Shown here: positions 9,401 through 18,233 of the stretch, piece after piece
Layout of the letters: each line of letters starts with the position of its first letter
How positions within the stretch are numbered: position 1 is the stretch's first letter
Origin: Thermoanaerobaculia bacterium
GTDB taxonomy: Bacteria > Acidobacteriota > Thermoanaerobaculia > UBA5066 > Gp7-AA6
Length of the DNA: 64,000 nt
Assembly: GCA_041912555.1 (NCBI GenBank)
Contig: JAYRMU010000017.1
Span: 2,608-66,607 of the forward strand
Reading direction: 5' to 3'
Notes under the pieces: generated by a model
Told to the model about the DNA's origin: nothing
What the model saw: only the letters and a program-made list of their open reading frames with translations
Database searches by the model: none
Program-made: the position numbers and the translations under genes

Positions 9401-11545
9401 ATGGCGGCGTCGCGGCTGCCCATGAGAGCCCTCTTCGCCCTCGCGCTCCTCCCGCTCGCCGCGGCCGTTTGCCCGACGGCCGCCGCGCAGGAGCCCGGCG
9501 CGGTCCGCGAAAGCGCCGAGGTCTCGCTGGTGGAGGTCCCCGTCCGCGTGGTGGGCCGCGACGGCAAGCCCGTTCGGGGCCTGACCCAGGCGGACTTCAC
9601 CGTCGAGGACGATGGACGCCGGCAGGCGATCGTGGGCTTCGACGCGATCGACCTCGCCGAGAAGGCCTCGGATCCCGGCGCCGGTCCCGTCTCCCCGGCC
9701 GCGCGGCGGCGTTTCCTGGTCCTGTTCGACTTCTCGTTCTCGAAGCCGCGGGCGATCGTCGCGGCGCGGCGGGCCGCGCGCGACTTCGTCCTGAGCGGCA
9801 TGGGCGACCGGGACCTGGCCGCGGTCGCGACCTACTCGGTCGAGAGCGGGGTGCGGCTGCTCGTGACCTTCTCGTCCGACCGGGCGCAGCTCGCGCGGGC
9901 CATCGAGACCCTCGGCCTCGAGTCGCCGCGCGACGCGGGAGATCCCCTCGCGTTCGCCTTCGATTCCGCGGGGGTCTCCGCGGCCCCCGGCGTGCCCGTC
10001 TCGCGCGGCGGGAGCCGGGCGGACACCGCGGGCCTCGTGGAGAGCCTGCAGTCGCTTTCGATCGTCACGAAGATCCGGTCGGACGAGTACGCGCGCGGAC
10101 GCGTTCGCCACCTCTTCCAGTCGTTCCGCGACCTGTCGCGGGCGCTCGACGCGGTTCCGGGGCGCAAGGACGTGATCTACCTCTCCGAGGGATTCCGCGG
10201 GCGCTTTCTCGTCGGCACGCCCGACACCGCCGAGGAGCGCCAGTTCCTCGTCCAGGGCGAGGTGTGGAAGGTGGACTCCGACAAGCGTTTCGGCTCGACG
10301 CCCCTGCGCCACGAGCTCGAGGACCTCGGTCAGGTCTTTCGCCGGTCCGACTGCGTCATCCACGCCGTCGACATCGCGGGAATCCGGGCCGACGGGGACG
10401 TCGAATCCGACGGGGAGCCGATGGGGCTGCGGGAGTCGGAGAACGCCCTCTCCGAGATCGCCCAGGGAACGGGAGGGGAGGTCTTCCGCAACGGGAACGA
10501 CCTCGGGGCCGAGCTCGCACGGCTGGTGGAGCAGACCAGCCTCGTCTACGTGCTCGCGTTCCGCCCGGACCGGGCGGGCGAGGAGGGCCGCTTTCACGAG
10601 CTCCGCGTGCGGGCCGCCGCGCCGGGGGCCAGGGTTCTCGCGCGCGCCGGCTACTACGAGCGCCGGGGATTTCGGCAGCTGTCGGTGCTCGAACGGAGGC
10701 TGCTCGCGGCCAACGTGATCGCCAACGAGATTCCGTTCGACGAGATCCCCCTGCGCGTGCTCGCCCTTCCCCTCGCCGGCGGCCGCGGGCCCGCCAGCGT
10801 TCCGGTGATGCTGGAGATTCCGGGGGCGCCCCTCGTCGAGGGGGACCGGGGCGAGAAGCTCAACGTCGAGGTCTACGTCTACGCGGTGGACCGGGACGGC
10901 GGGCTGCGGGACTACTTCGTGCGCTCGATCTCGGCCGACCTCGTCCGCGGCCGCGACCGGATCCGGGAGGGCGGCGTGCGCTACTCCGGGCAGCTGCGTC
11001 TGCCGGCAGGCTCGTACCGCGTGCGCGTCCTCGTGCGCAACTCCGCCACCGGCCGGATGGGCTTCACGGTCGCTCCGCTCGAGGTCCCGAGCTTCGCGGG
11101 GACCGAGCCCCTCCTGATGCCGCCGGTCTTCCTCGAGGGGGCGGGCCCCTGGGTGTCGGTGCGCGGAGGGGCTCCGGCCGGGGGCGGTCCATCCGATCCC
11201 TTCGCCGCGCTCCCGGCGGAAGGGCTCTCCCCGGCCGCGCTGGCCCGGGTCGCGCCCGGCGCCGCGTCGCGCCTGTGCCTGGTCGCATATCACTTCGGAA
11301 CGGGCGAGCGCGAGGAGCTCAAGCTCGGAAGCCAGATTCTCGGGGAAGACGGACGGCCTCTCGAAGCGGGCCGCCTGGCGGTCCTCGGAAGCACGCCCCC
11401 TTCTCCCGACGGCATGCGGACGCTGCTGCTGTCGTTCTCGGCCCCGCCGCAACTGGCCCCCGGACGCTACGGGTTGAGGGTGTTTCTCCAGGGCGGCAAC
11501 GGGGGAGCCATCCGCCAGTCGACCGCGCCCTTCCTGGTTCCTTGA
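9401..11545 (+). CDS. VWFA-related Acidobacterial domain protein (secreted)
   Basis: 714 aa with a signal peptide and VWA-like MIDAS region. The overall architecture matches the TIGR03436-type family, which is abundant in Acidobacteria. Confidence 0.75.
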   Translation: MAASRLPMRALFALALLPLAAAVCPTAAAQEPGAVRESAEVSLVEVPVRVVGRDGKPVRGLTQADFTVEDDGRRQAIVGFDAIDLAEKASDPGAGPVSPAARRRFLVLFDFSFSKPRAIVAARRAARDFVLSGMGDRDLAAVATYSVESGVRLLVTFSSDRAQLARAIETLGLESPRDAGDPLAFAFDSAGVSAAPGVPVSRGGSRADTAGLVESLQSLSIVTKIRSDEYARGRVRHLFQSFRDLSRALDAVPGRKDVIYLSEGFRGRFLVGTPDTAEERQFLVQGEVWKVDSDKRFGSTPLRHELEDLGQVFRRSDCVIHAVDIAGIRADGDVESDGEPMGLRESENALSEIAQGTGGEVFRNGNDLGAELARLVEQTSLVYVLAFRPDRAGEEGRFHELRVRAAAPGARVLARAGYYERRGFRQLSVLERRLLAANVIANEIPFDEIPLRVLALPLAGGRGPASVPVMLEIPGAPLVEGDRGEKLNVEVYVYAVDRDGGLRDYFVRSISADLVRGRDRIREGGVRYSGQLRLPAGSYRVRVLVRNSATGRMGFTVAPLEVPSFAGTEPLLMPPVFLEGAGPWVSVRGGAPAGGGPSDPFAALPAEGLSPAALARVAPGAASRLCLVAYHFGTGEREELKLGSQILGEDGRPLEAGRLAVLGSTPPSPDGMRTLLLSFSAPPQLAPGRYGLRVFLQGGNGGAIRQSTAPFLVP

Positions 11546-12744
11546 TCCTCGCCGGCCTCCTCCTGGCGGCGGCCGTCCTTCCCGCGAGGCAGTCCGCCCC
11601 CGGGGACGCCCCGCCGCCGGGAGCCACGCGCCAGAAGGCGATCGCCGGCCTGCAGGCGCGGGCGTCGCGGACTTCGCCGGGTTCGCGCGAGGCCGTCCGG
11701 ATCGCCGCCGAGCTCGAGCTCATCGCGTCCGCGTACATGGCCGAGGGCGAGACGGGCCGCGCGGCGGAGCTGCTCTCCGAGGCGTACGCGCTCGACGAGG
11801 AAAACGGCCTCGTCCTCGCCGAGCTCACGCTCTGCGACCTGCGCGCCGAGGACTTCGACGCCGCCCGCTTCAACCTGCGGCTGGCCGAGGAGCGGGTCAC
11901 GCGGGCGCCTCCGGAGGTCTATCGCGTCCTCGGCGACGTCTATCTCCGGCTCCACCGCCTCGAGGACGCGGTCGCGGCCTGGGGAGAGTTCGTCCGATTC
12001 GGCGGCACCGATCCGGAGCTGCTGGCGCGCCTCGCGCGCGCGCGCGACGAGCTGGCGGTTTCGCGGGGGCAGAGGTCGCTCGCGTTCGAGCATTTCACCG
12101 TGTTCGCCGACGCCGGCGTCGGGGACGACGTGCTGCGCCGCGCCGGCGCGGACCTCGAGGCGGCCCTCGCGCAGCAGACGGCGATCTTCGGCGGCCGCCT
12201 GGACGCCAGGCAGGTCGTCGTTCTCTACGCGGGGCGGGCTTATTTCTCGGTGGTGTCGGTTCCCGAGTGGAGCTCGGGTCTCTACGACGGGAAGATCCGG
12301 CTCTCCGTGGAACCCGACGGCGGTTGGCCGTCCGGACGGTCCAGCGTCCTGGCCCACGAGCTCGCCCATGCTCTTCTCCGCCGCCGCGTCGGGGACCGCG
12401 TGCCCGCCTGGTTTCACGAGGGGCTGGCGCAGTGGTGCGAGGGCCGGCGCCTTCCCGTGCGCGAGGTCCGGGAGGCCGTCGGGTCCCGCCCGGCGGCCTC
12501 GGCCGAGGCGCTCGGGCGCGCTTTCGCGGGCCGGCTTTCGCGGCCGGCGGCGCGGGCGAGCTATGCGCAGGCCCTGTCGCTCGTCGAGTACCTCATCGCT
12601 TCGCGCGGCACGGGAGCGATCGCCTGTCTGCTCGAGCGGCTCGGCGCGGAGGGAGGAACGTTCGGCGAGGCCCTGGGGGCCGAGGCGGGGATGACGGAGG
12701 GGGAGCTCTTCGCGAAATGGGGGAAGTGGGCGGGGGTCTCGTGA
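11542..12744 (+). CDS. Putative zinc metalloprotease (HExxH...E) with TPR-like N-terminal region
   Basis: HELAHALLRR...WFHEGLAQ motif. The only in-frame start near a signal-like LILAGLLLAAAVLPA segment is a TTG at ~11542, which overlaps the preceding stop. Confidence 0.55.
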   Translation: MILAGLLLAAAVLPARQSAPGDAPPPGATRQKAIAGLQARASRTSPGSREAVRIAAELELIASAYMAEGETGRAAELLSEAYALDEENGLVLAELTLCDLRAEDFDAARFNLRLAEERVTRAPPEVYRVLGDVYLRLHRLEDAVAAWGEFVRFGGTDPELLARLARARDELAVSRGQRSLAFEHFTVFADAGVGDDVLRRAGADLEAALAQQTAIFGGRLDARQVVVLYAGRAYFSVVSVPEWSSGLYDGKIRLSVEPDGGWPSGRSSVLAHELAHALLRRRVGDRVPAWFHEGLAQWCEGRRLPVREVREAVGSRPAASAEALGRAFAGRLSRPAARASYAQALSLVEYLIASRGTGAIACLLERLGAEGGTFGEALGAEAGMTEGELFAKWGKWAGVS

Positions 12745-12754
12745 CTTGGGATGT

Positions 12755-12810
12755 CGGGTTTCGGACTCGGGGTTCCTCGAGCCCGAAACTCGAAATCCGG
12801 ATTCCGAAGA
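12755..12810. terminator. Pair of hairpins between convergent genes (putative bidirectional terminator)
   Basis: Imperfect inverted repeats gggtttcggactcgg/cgagcccgaaactc and tcgaaatccggattccga lie between the stops at 12744 (+) and 12815 (-). Confidence 0.35.
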
Positions 12811-12814
12811 GCTC

Positions 12815-14194
12815 CTACTTCGGCGCTTCCGACAGGAACGCGACCCACGCCGGGTCGGTCGCGATCGGCAGGTAGGCCGGCTCGGCGCGCAGGACGGCGC
12901 GATCGAGCTTGCCCGTGGACTCGAGGGGTCGCAGCGCGGCGACGGTCGCGGCCGCGTTGCCGGCTCGCGCGTAGATCCGCGCCTCCAGTTCCGCCCGGGA
13001 CAACTCGTCCCCGACGAGGCCGCGGGCGGCCCGGATCGTCCGCACCGCGGCCTCCGTGTCGCCGAGATTCGTCTGCGCGACCGCGAGCGTCGCGAGCGTG
13101 TCGGGATCGGGCCCGGCTTCCCGCAGGTATCGCTCGAGGAGGCTGCGTGCCTCGGCATTTCGTCCCTCGGCCAGCGCCATCGTTCCCAGCTCCCGCCCGG
13201 CTCCGGGAGCCGGCGGAACTTCCGAGAGCGCGCGATCGAAGTCGGCGACCGCCTCGGCCGCGGCGCCTCTCCCGCGGGCGGACACGCCCATCTGGTAGTA
13301 CACCGGGCCGGCGGGAGCTCCCGCGGCGAGGGCGTTCGACCATTCGGCGCGGGCGACCTCGGTCCGGCCTTCGGACTGCGCGGCGAGCGCGAGCTTCTCG
13401 GGCTGCCGCCAGGCCTGGAGGGGGAGATTCTCGGCGAGCGCGTAGGGCTCGGAGAGGGCGCGCTGGATGGCGAGCGCGCCGTCCACGAGGAAGAGCAGCG
13501 CCGGAACGGCCGCGATCCAGAGCACGCGGCGACGCTCCGGGGGCAGCCGCCGGGCGAAGAGGAGGACCACGGCCACGATCGCCCCGAAGCCCGCCAGCCG
13601 GGGAATGGCGCGGGCGCGGGCTTCCCGCCCGGTATCACGGCGGCGGACGGGATCGGGGCCGAACATCCGCGCGACCTCGCCGGCCAGCGAGAGGCCCGGA
13701 TCCACGAGGACGACGTCTTCCACGGTCCAGCCGGCCTTCGTGCGCTGCACCGTCCATCGGGTTTTCAGGAGGGACGTCCCGTAGTGGAGCCCGAGGTAAA
13801 CGAACACCGTGCCCTGTCCCGCGTCGGCGACCGACGCCCACGCGACCTCGCCCGCGGTTCCCTGGGGCGGCGCGAGGGCCTGGACGAAGTGGTCGCGCAG
13901 CGCGGCGCGAAGCACCTCCTGCTGGCGCTCCGTCAGCCCCGCCCAGACCCCGGACCCCACGACCCGCTGGAGGATGCCGTCGGCGTCGAGGGACTCGAGG
14001 AAGATCTTCGGGGGGCCGTGGAGGGCCGCGAGCGCGGCGCGCCGGGCGAAGTCGGCGGCTTCCTCGGCGCCCGCCGGGACGGGCGCGGCGTCGTCGGCCG
14101 GGGACGCGCGCGGCGCGGCGAGCGCGCCGAAGGCCAGCGCGGCCGCGAGGAAAAGGCGGGCCGTCTTCCCGCTCCGGCTCGCGGGCGGGGTCAA
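12815..14194 (-). CDS. Hypothetical secreted/membrane protein with C-terminal TPR repeats
   Basis: The start is a tentative TTG. It has a signal-like N-terminus, one internal TM segment and a TPR C-terminus. The upstream part of the 534-aa ORF is Arg-rich artefact. Confidence 0.5.
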   Translation of the reverse strand: MTPPASRSGKTARLFLAAALAFGALAAPRASPADDAAPVPAGAEEAADFARRAALAALHGPPKIFLESLDADGILQRVVGSGVWAGLTERQQEVLRAALRDHFVQALAPPQGTAGEVAWASVADAGQGTVFVYLGLHYGTSLLKTRWTVQRTKAGWTVEDVVLVDPGLSLAGEVARMFGPDPVRRRDTGREARARAIPRLAGFGAIVAVVLLFARRLPPERRRVLWIAAVPALLFLVDGALAIQRALSEPYALAENLPLQAWRQPEKLALAAQSEGRTEVARAEWSNALAAGAPAGPVYYQMGVSARGRGAAAEAVADFDRALSEVPPAPGAGRELGTMALAEGRNAEARSLLERYLREAGPDPDTLATLAVAQTNLGDTEAAVRTIRAARGLVGDELSRAELEARIYARAGNAAATVAALRPLESTGKLDRAVLRAEPAYLPIATDPAWVAFLSEAPK

Positions 14195-14847
14195 TGCCCC
14201 GTCGCCGTCTCGGTCGAGGACGGCTTCGCGTGGACCTTGAGCGTCATGGGGACGCTCCCGACCCGCAGCTCGTCGCCGTCGCGCAGCGCGACCGGCGCGG
14301 TCAGGCGCGTCCCGTTGACGAACGTCCCGTTCTTCGAGCCGAGGTCTTCGAGCGTCGCCAGGCCGGACGCGATCATCAGCCGGGCATGGCGCCGGGACAC
14401 GCTCTGCGCGTCGATCCACACGAGGGAGTCCGCGCCGCGTCCGAGGATGTTCTCGCCGTCGGCCAGGGCGATCTCGCGATTTCCCCAGAGGAGCCGGAAG
14501 GCCTGGTCGCCCACCGACTCGGGATGGCCGTTGCGATGCAGCGCGGCCGCGGTTCCGCAGAAGGCGTAGCCGTAGCCGTACACGGTCCGGATGAACTCGG
14601 GCGAGCGCGCGCCGTCGCCGATGGCCTGGCGCACCTCGGCGATGAGCGTCGGGAGGTTGACGTCCGACACGACGGTGTCGGGCCAGAGCCTGCGGTGCAG
14701 CTCCGCCTTGGGGACCGCCCGCGGCCGGGCCTCGAGCAGCAGCTGCAGGAGGCGGAACGCCTTGGGCGAAATCGAGACGGGGCGCCCGTCCCGGGTCAGC
14801 GCCCGGCTTTCGGAATCCAGGATCAGGCTGCCGAATCGGAACGTCAT
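14191..14847 (-). CDS. Winged-helix (OmpR/CadC trans_reg_C-like) DNA-binding domain fused to FHA domain
   Basis: Real start is MTFRFGSLILDSESRALTRDG... with the W...YGYGY wHTH signature. This is followed by FHA motifs (GR..D....SR.HA ... GSKNGTFVNG). Confidence 0.7.
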   Translation of the reverse strand: MTFRFGSLILDSESRALTRDGRPVSISPKAFRLLQLLLEARPRAVPKAELHRRLWPDTVVSDVNLPTLIAEVRQAIGDGARSPEFIRTVYGYGYAFCGTAAALHRNGHPESVGDQAFRLLWGNREIALADGENILGRGADSLVWIDAQSVSRRHARLMIASGLATLEDLGSKNGTFVNGTRLTAPVALRDGDELRVGSVPMTLKVHAKPSSTETATGH

Positions 14848-14924
14848 GACGCCAAAGAAAACACTATAACGCCCCGGGAAGTTCCCCGGAGGGACCGGAG
14901 CCCCCGGAGGGGGGACGAAATGCC

Positions 14925-15998
14925 CTATGCGGCGATCGGTTCGAGCCGGGTGACCCGGGGGGAGAGCGACTCGGCGCCCCGCTCGGTGCAGACGATGTCG
15001 TCCTCGATCCTCACCCCGAAGCGGCCCGGGAGGTAGATGCCGGGCTCCGACGTGAACGTCATTCCGGGCTCGAGCACGGTGCGGTCGTGGCCGACCATGT
15101 ACGGCGGCTCGTGGACGTCGATCCCGAGCCCGTGGCCGAGCCGGTGCGTGAAGTACTCGCCGTACCCGGCCTTTTCGATGACCCGGCGGGCCGCGGCGTC
15201 CACCTCGAAGCACGGCACGCCCGGGGCGGCCTTCTCGATGGCGGCCGACTGGGCCTCGAGCACGATGGACCACACCTTGCGGTACTCGTCGGTGGGCGAG
15301 CCGTAGTAGGTCGAGCGGGTGATGTCGTAGAAGTAGCCGTCGGGCCGGTCCCAGGCGTCGATGAGCACGGCCTGGTCCCGGGTCAGCGGCGAGGATCCCG
15401 AGGCCCCGTGCGGATACGCGGAGGACGGCCCGAACTGCACCATGTTCTCTCCGCCCACGAGGGCCGAGATCTCGGCTTCCGTGCACCCGGGCCTGAGCGC
15501 CTCGAAGGCCTTCCGGAAGCGGGGCAGCGCGACGGCGATGGCGGCCCGGATCATCGCGAGCTCCTCGGCCGACTTGACCATCCGCAGGGCGCCGAAGGTG
15601 GCCGCGGCGGACACGGGCTTCCAGCCGGGCCGGGCGGCGAGCAGGCGCTCGACGTCGTCGTAGGCGGTCGAGGGCTCGACGGCGAGCGTCCCGGCCGAGG
15701 CCGGGAAGAGCGCGGCGGCCCTGGCGAACGGGTCCTCGGTTTCCTCCCAGGTCACGACCCGCTCCACGGCCGACATCCCCTTGAGGCGCGAGGCCTCGAA
15801 CGCGGGGCAGATCATGACGGGATCGCGATCCTGGAAGAGAAGCAGGGCCGTCAGGCGTTCACTGCGGTGGAAATCGACTCCCGTGAGGTAGAACAGGTTG
15901 GACGAAGGGGTGGCGTACAGTCCGTCGGCCGGGAGCGAGGCGAGCCTCGCCCGTACGGTCTCGAGGCGCCGGAGGTAGATTTCACGCTTGGTCGGCAT
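14925..15998 (-). CDS. M24 family Xaa-Pro aminopeptidase/dipeptidase
   Basis: Creatinase/prolidase N-terminal domain and M24 pita-bread motifs (HRLGHGLGIDVHE, GMTFTSEPG, IEDD). Confidence 0.85.
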   Translation of the reverse strand: MPTKREIYLRRLETVRARLASLPADGLYATPSSNLFYLTGVDFHRSERLTALLLFQDRDPVMICPAFEASRLKGMSAVERVVTWEETEDPFARAAALFPASAGTLAVEPSTAYDDVERLLAARPGWKPVSAAATFGALRMVKSAEELAMIRAAIAVALPRFRKAFEALRPGCTEAEISALVGGENMVQFGPSSAYPHGASGSSPLTRDQAVLIDAWDRPDGYFYDITRSTYYGSPTDEYRKVWSIVLEAQSAAIEKAAPGVPCFEVDAAARRVIEKAGYGEYFTHRLGHGLGIDVHEPPYMVGHDRTVLEPGMTFTSEPGIYLPGRFGVRIEDDIVCTERGAESLSPRVTRLEPIAA

Positions 15999-18192
15999 GG
16001 TGCGGATGCTAGCAGAATCGTTTCGCCGGGGAAGGCGCGGGCTGGCGGCGGTCGTCGCCGCGGCGGCGGCCCTTTCCGTGGCCGGGTGCCGGCGCGGCGG
16101 CGAGCTGGTCTCGCCCGGGGCGCCGGTCGTCCTGATCTCGGTCGATACCCTGCGGGCCGATCACCTCCCGGCGTACGGGTACGCCGGCATCCAGACGCCC
16201 AACCTGGATGCCCTGCGCGCCGACGCGGTGCTCTTCGAGAACGCATACTCGCAGGTCCCGCTGACGCTGCCGTCCCACACCGCCCTGTTCACGGGGCTGC
16301 TGCCCCCGCAGAACGGCGTGCGCGACAACCTCGGCTACGCCCTCGGGCCCGGTCCCGCCACGATCGCGGCGTTCCTCAAGGCGCAGGGCTACGCCACGGG
16401 CGGCGCGGTCTCGTCGATCGTGCTCTCCCACGCGACCGGGGTGTCGCGCGGGTTCGATTTCTGGGACGACAACATCGAGCCGACGAAGCTCTCCCAGTCC
16501 ATCTCGCGCGTCCAGCGCGGCGGCAACGACACGCAGGCGCTGCTGGCCGAGTGGGTGGCCGGGCAGGGCGGCAAGCCCTTCTTCGCGTTCCTCCATCTCT
16601 TCGAGCCGCACTCTCCGTACGAGCCCCCGGAGCCGTACCGCTCCCGGTACCCGCTGCCGTACGACGGCGAGATCGCGCGCGCCGACGAGATCGTCGGCAA
16701 CTTCGTGCGCTTTCTCAAGGAGCGCGGCCTCTACGACCGCGCCGTGGTGATCTTCCTGTCGGACCACGGCGAGGGGCTCGACGACCACGGCGAGGACGAG
16801 CACGGCGTGCTCCTCTACCGCGAGGCCATCCACGTGCCGCTGATGGTGAAGTTCCCGAAGTCGCGGCGCCGCGGCGAGACGGTGCGCTCCCCGGTGGCGC
16901 TCGTGGACGTCTTCCCGACGATCGCCGACGTCCTCGGCGTGGCGGCGCCGCCGGGCCTGGCGGGTGTGTCGCTGGCCGCGACGCTGCGTCCGGGCGCGGC
17001 CGCCGGCCCGCGGCGGATCTACAGCGAGACCCTGTATCCCCGCCTCCACCTCGGATGGAGCGATCTCGCCTCGCTCGTGGACGACCGCGACCACTACATC
17101 GAGTCGCCGCACGCCGAGCTCTACGACATCGTGGCCGACCCGGGCGAGAAGCGCGACCTGGCCCAGGGGTTGCCGCCGGCGTTCCGGTCCATGCGGGCCG
17201 AGCTCGGCCGGATGCCGAGGCCCCTCCAGGCGCCCGGCAACGCGGACCCCGAACAGGTCAAGAAGCTCGCGTCGCTCGGCTACATCAGCGGCTCGACGGC
17301 CGACCTTTCCCAGAAGAACCTGCCCGCGCCGCGGGACCGGATCGGCGCCGTGGCCCAGCTCAAGGAGGGCTTCGGCGCGATGCAGGCGGGCGACTACCCG
17401 AAGGCCGTGGCCGTGTTCCGCAAGCTCCTCGAGGCCGAGCCCGGGATGACCGACGTCTGGCAGATGTACGGCGAGTCCTGCATGAAGCTGGGCCGCGAGG
17501 ACGAGGCCCTCGCGGCGCTGACCCAGGCCGCGAAGCTCTCGCCCTCGAACCCGCAGGTCCTGATGGCCCTGTCGGACTACTACCTCGAGACGGGGAAGTA
17601 CGAGGAGGCGAGGAAGCACGCCGAAGCCGCCGGCAACTCGGGCTCGACCAGCCCGCACGAGAACCTGGCCCGGATCGCCCTCGTCGAGGGCGACCTCGAC
17701 GCCGCCGATCGCGAGGCGAGGGCGGCGCTCGAGAAGTACCCGCTGCGGCGCATCCCCCACCTCATCCTCGCGCGCGTCCGGCACGACCGGCGGGATTACG
17801 CGGCGGCCCTGTCCGAGCTCGACCTCGCGGCGCGGCCCCAGGCGGGCGAGCCGTTGCCGCTCCAGAACCTCAACTACCTGCGCGGCGACAGCCTCGCGCG
17901 CCTCGGGCGCGAGCAGGAAGCCGAACAGGCGTTCCTGGCGGAGATCCGCGAGTTCCCGGCCAACACGTCCTCGCGCGCGGCCCTGGCGATGCTCTACGCG
18001 AGCCAGGGGCGCGAGGCGGAGGCGCGAAAGGCCCTGTCCGACCTCGTGCGCGACGTCCACACGCCGGACGCGTACTTCGCCGCCGTGAAGACCTACGAGA
18101 TCCTGGGCGATCCGACGAGCGCCGCCGAGGTCAGGGCCGAGCTTCGCCGCGTCTTTCCGACGGCCCGGGAGCGCAAGGAGACCGGGGGCTGA
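15988..18192 (+). CDS. Sulfatase-fold (alkaline-phosphatase superfamily) protein with C-terminal TPR repeats; active-site motif is TLPSH rather than CxPSR
   Basis: DTLRADH metal site and xLPSHTALFTG in place of the sulfatase CxPxR signature. There are ~300 aa of TPR repeats at the C-terminus. Confidence 0.8.
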   Translation: MVGMVRMLAESFRRGRRGLAAVVAAAAALSVAGCRRGGELVSPGAPVVLISVDTLRADHLPAYGYAGIQTPNLDALRADAVLFENAYSQVPLTLPSHTALFTGLLPPQNGVRDNLGYALGPGPATIAAFLKAQGYATGGAVSSIVLSHATGVSRGFDFWDDNIEPTKLSQSISRVQRGGNDTQALLAEWVAGQGGKPFFAFLHLFEPHSPYEPPEPYRSRYPLPYDGEIARADEIVGNFVRFLKERGLYDRAVVIFLSDHGEGLDDHGEDEHGVLLYREAIHVPLMVKFPKSRRRGETVRSPVALVDVFPTIADVLGVAAPPGLAGVSLAATLRPGAAAGPRRIYSETLYPRLHLGWSDLASLVDDRDHYIESPHAELYDIVADPGEKRDLAQGLPPAFRSMRAELGRMPRPLQAPGNADPEQVKKLASLGYISGSTADLSQKNLPAPRDRIGAVAQLKEGFGAMQAGDYPKAVAVFRKLLEAEPGMTDVWQMYGESCMKLGREDEALAALTQAAKLSPSNPQVLMALSDYYLETGKYEEARKHAEAAGNSGSTSPHENLARIALVEGDLDAADREARAALEKYPLRRIPHLILARVRHDRRDYAAALSELDLAARPQAGEPLPLQNLNYLRGDSLARLGREQEAEQAFLAEIREFPANTSSRAALAMLYASQGREAEARKALSDLVRDVHTPDAYFAAVKTYEILGDPTSAAEVRAELRRVFPTARERKETGG

Positions 18193-18233
18193 CGACGGTC
18201 CGGACTTCCCGGATCCGGGATCCGAGGCCCGAG

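Noticed and set aside
9469-11540. N-terminal 690 aa of the 1091-aa plus ORF (9469..12744)
   Set aside because: It lies out of frame over the well-supported VWA gene and is Arg/Gly/Pro-rich. Only the C-terminal ~400 aa (HExxH protein from ~11542) look real.
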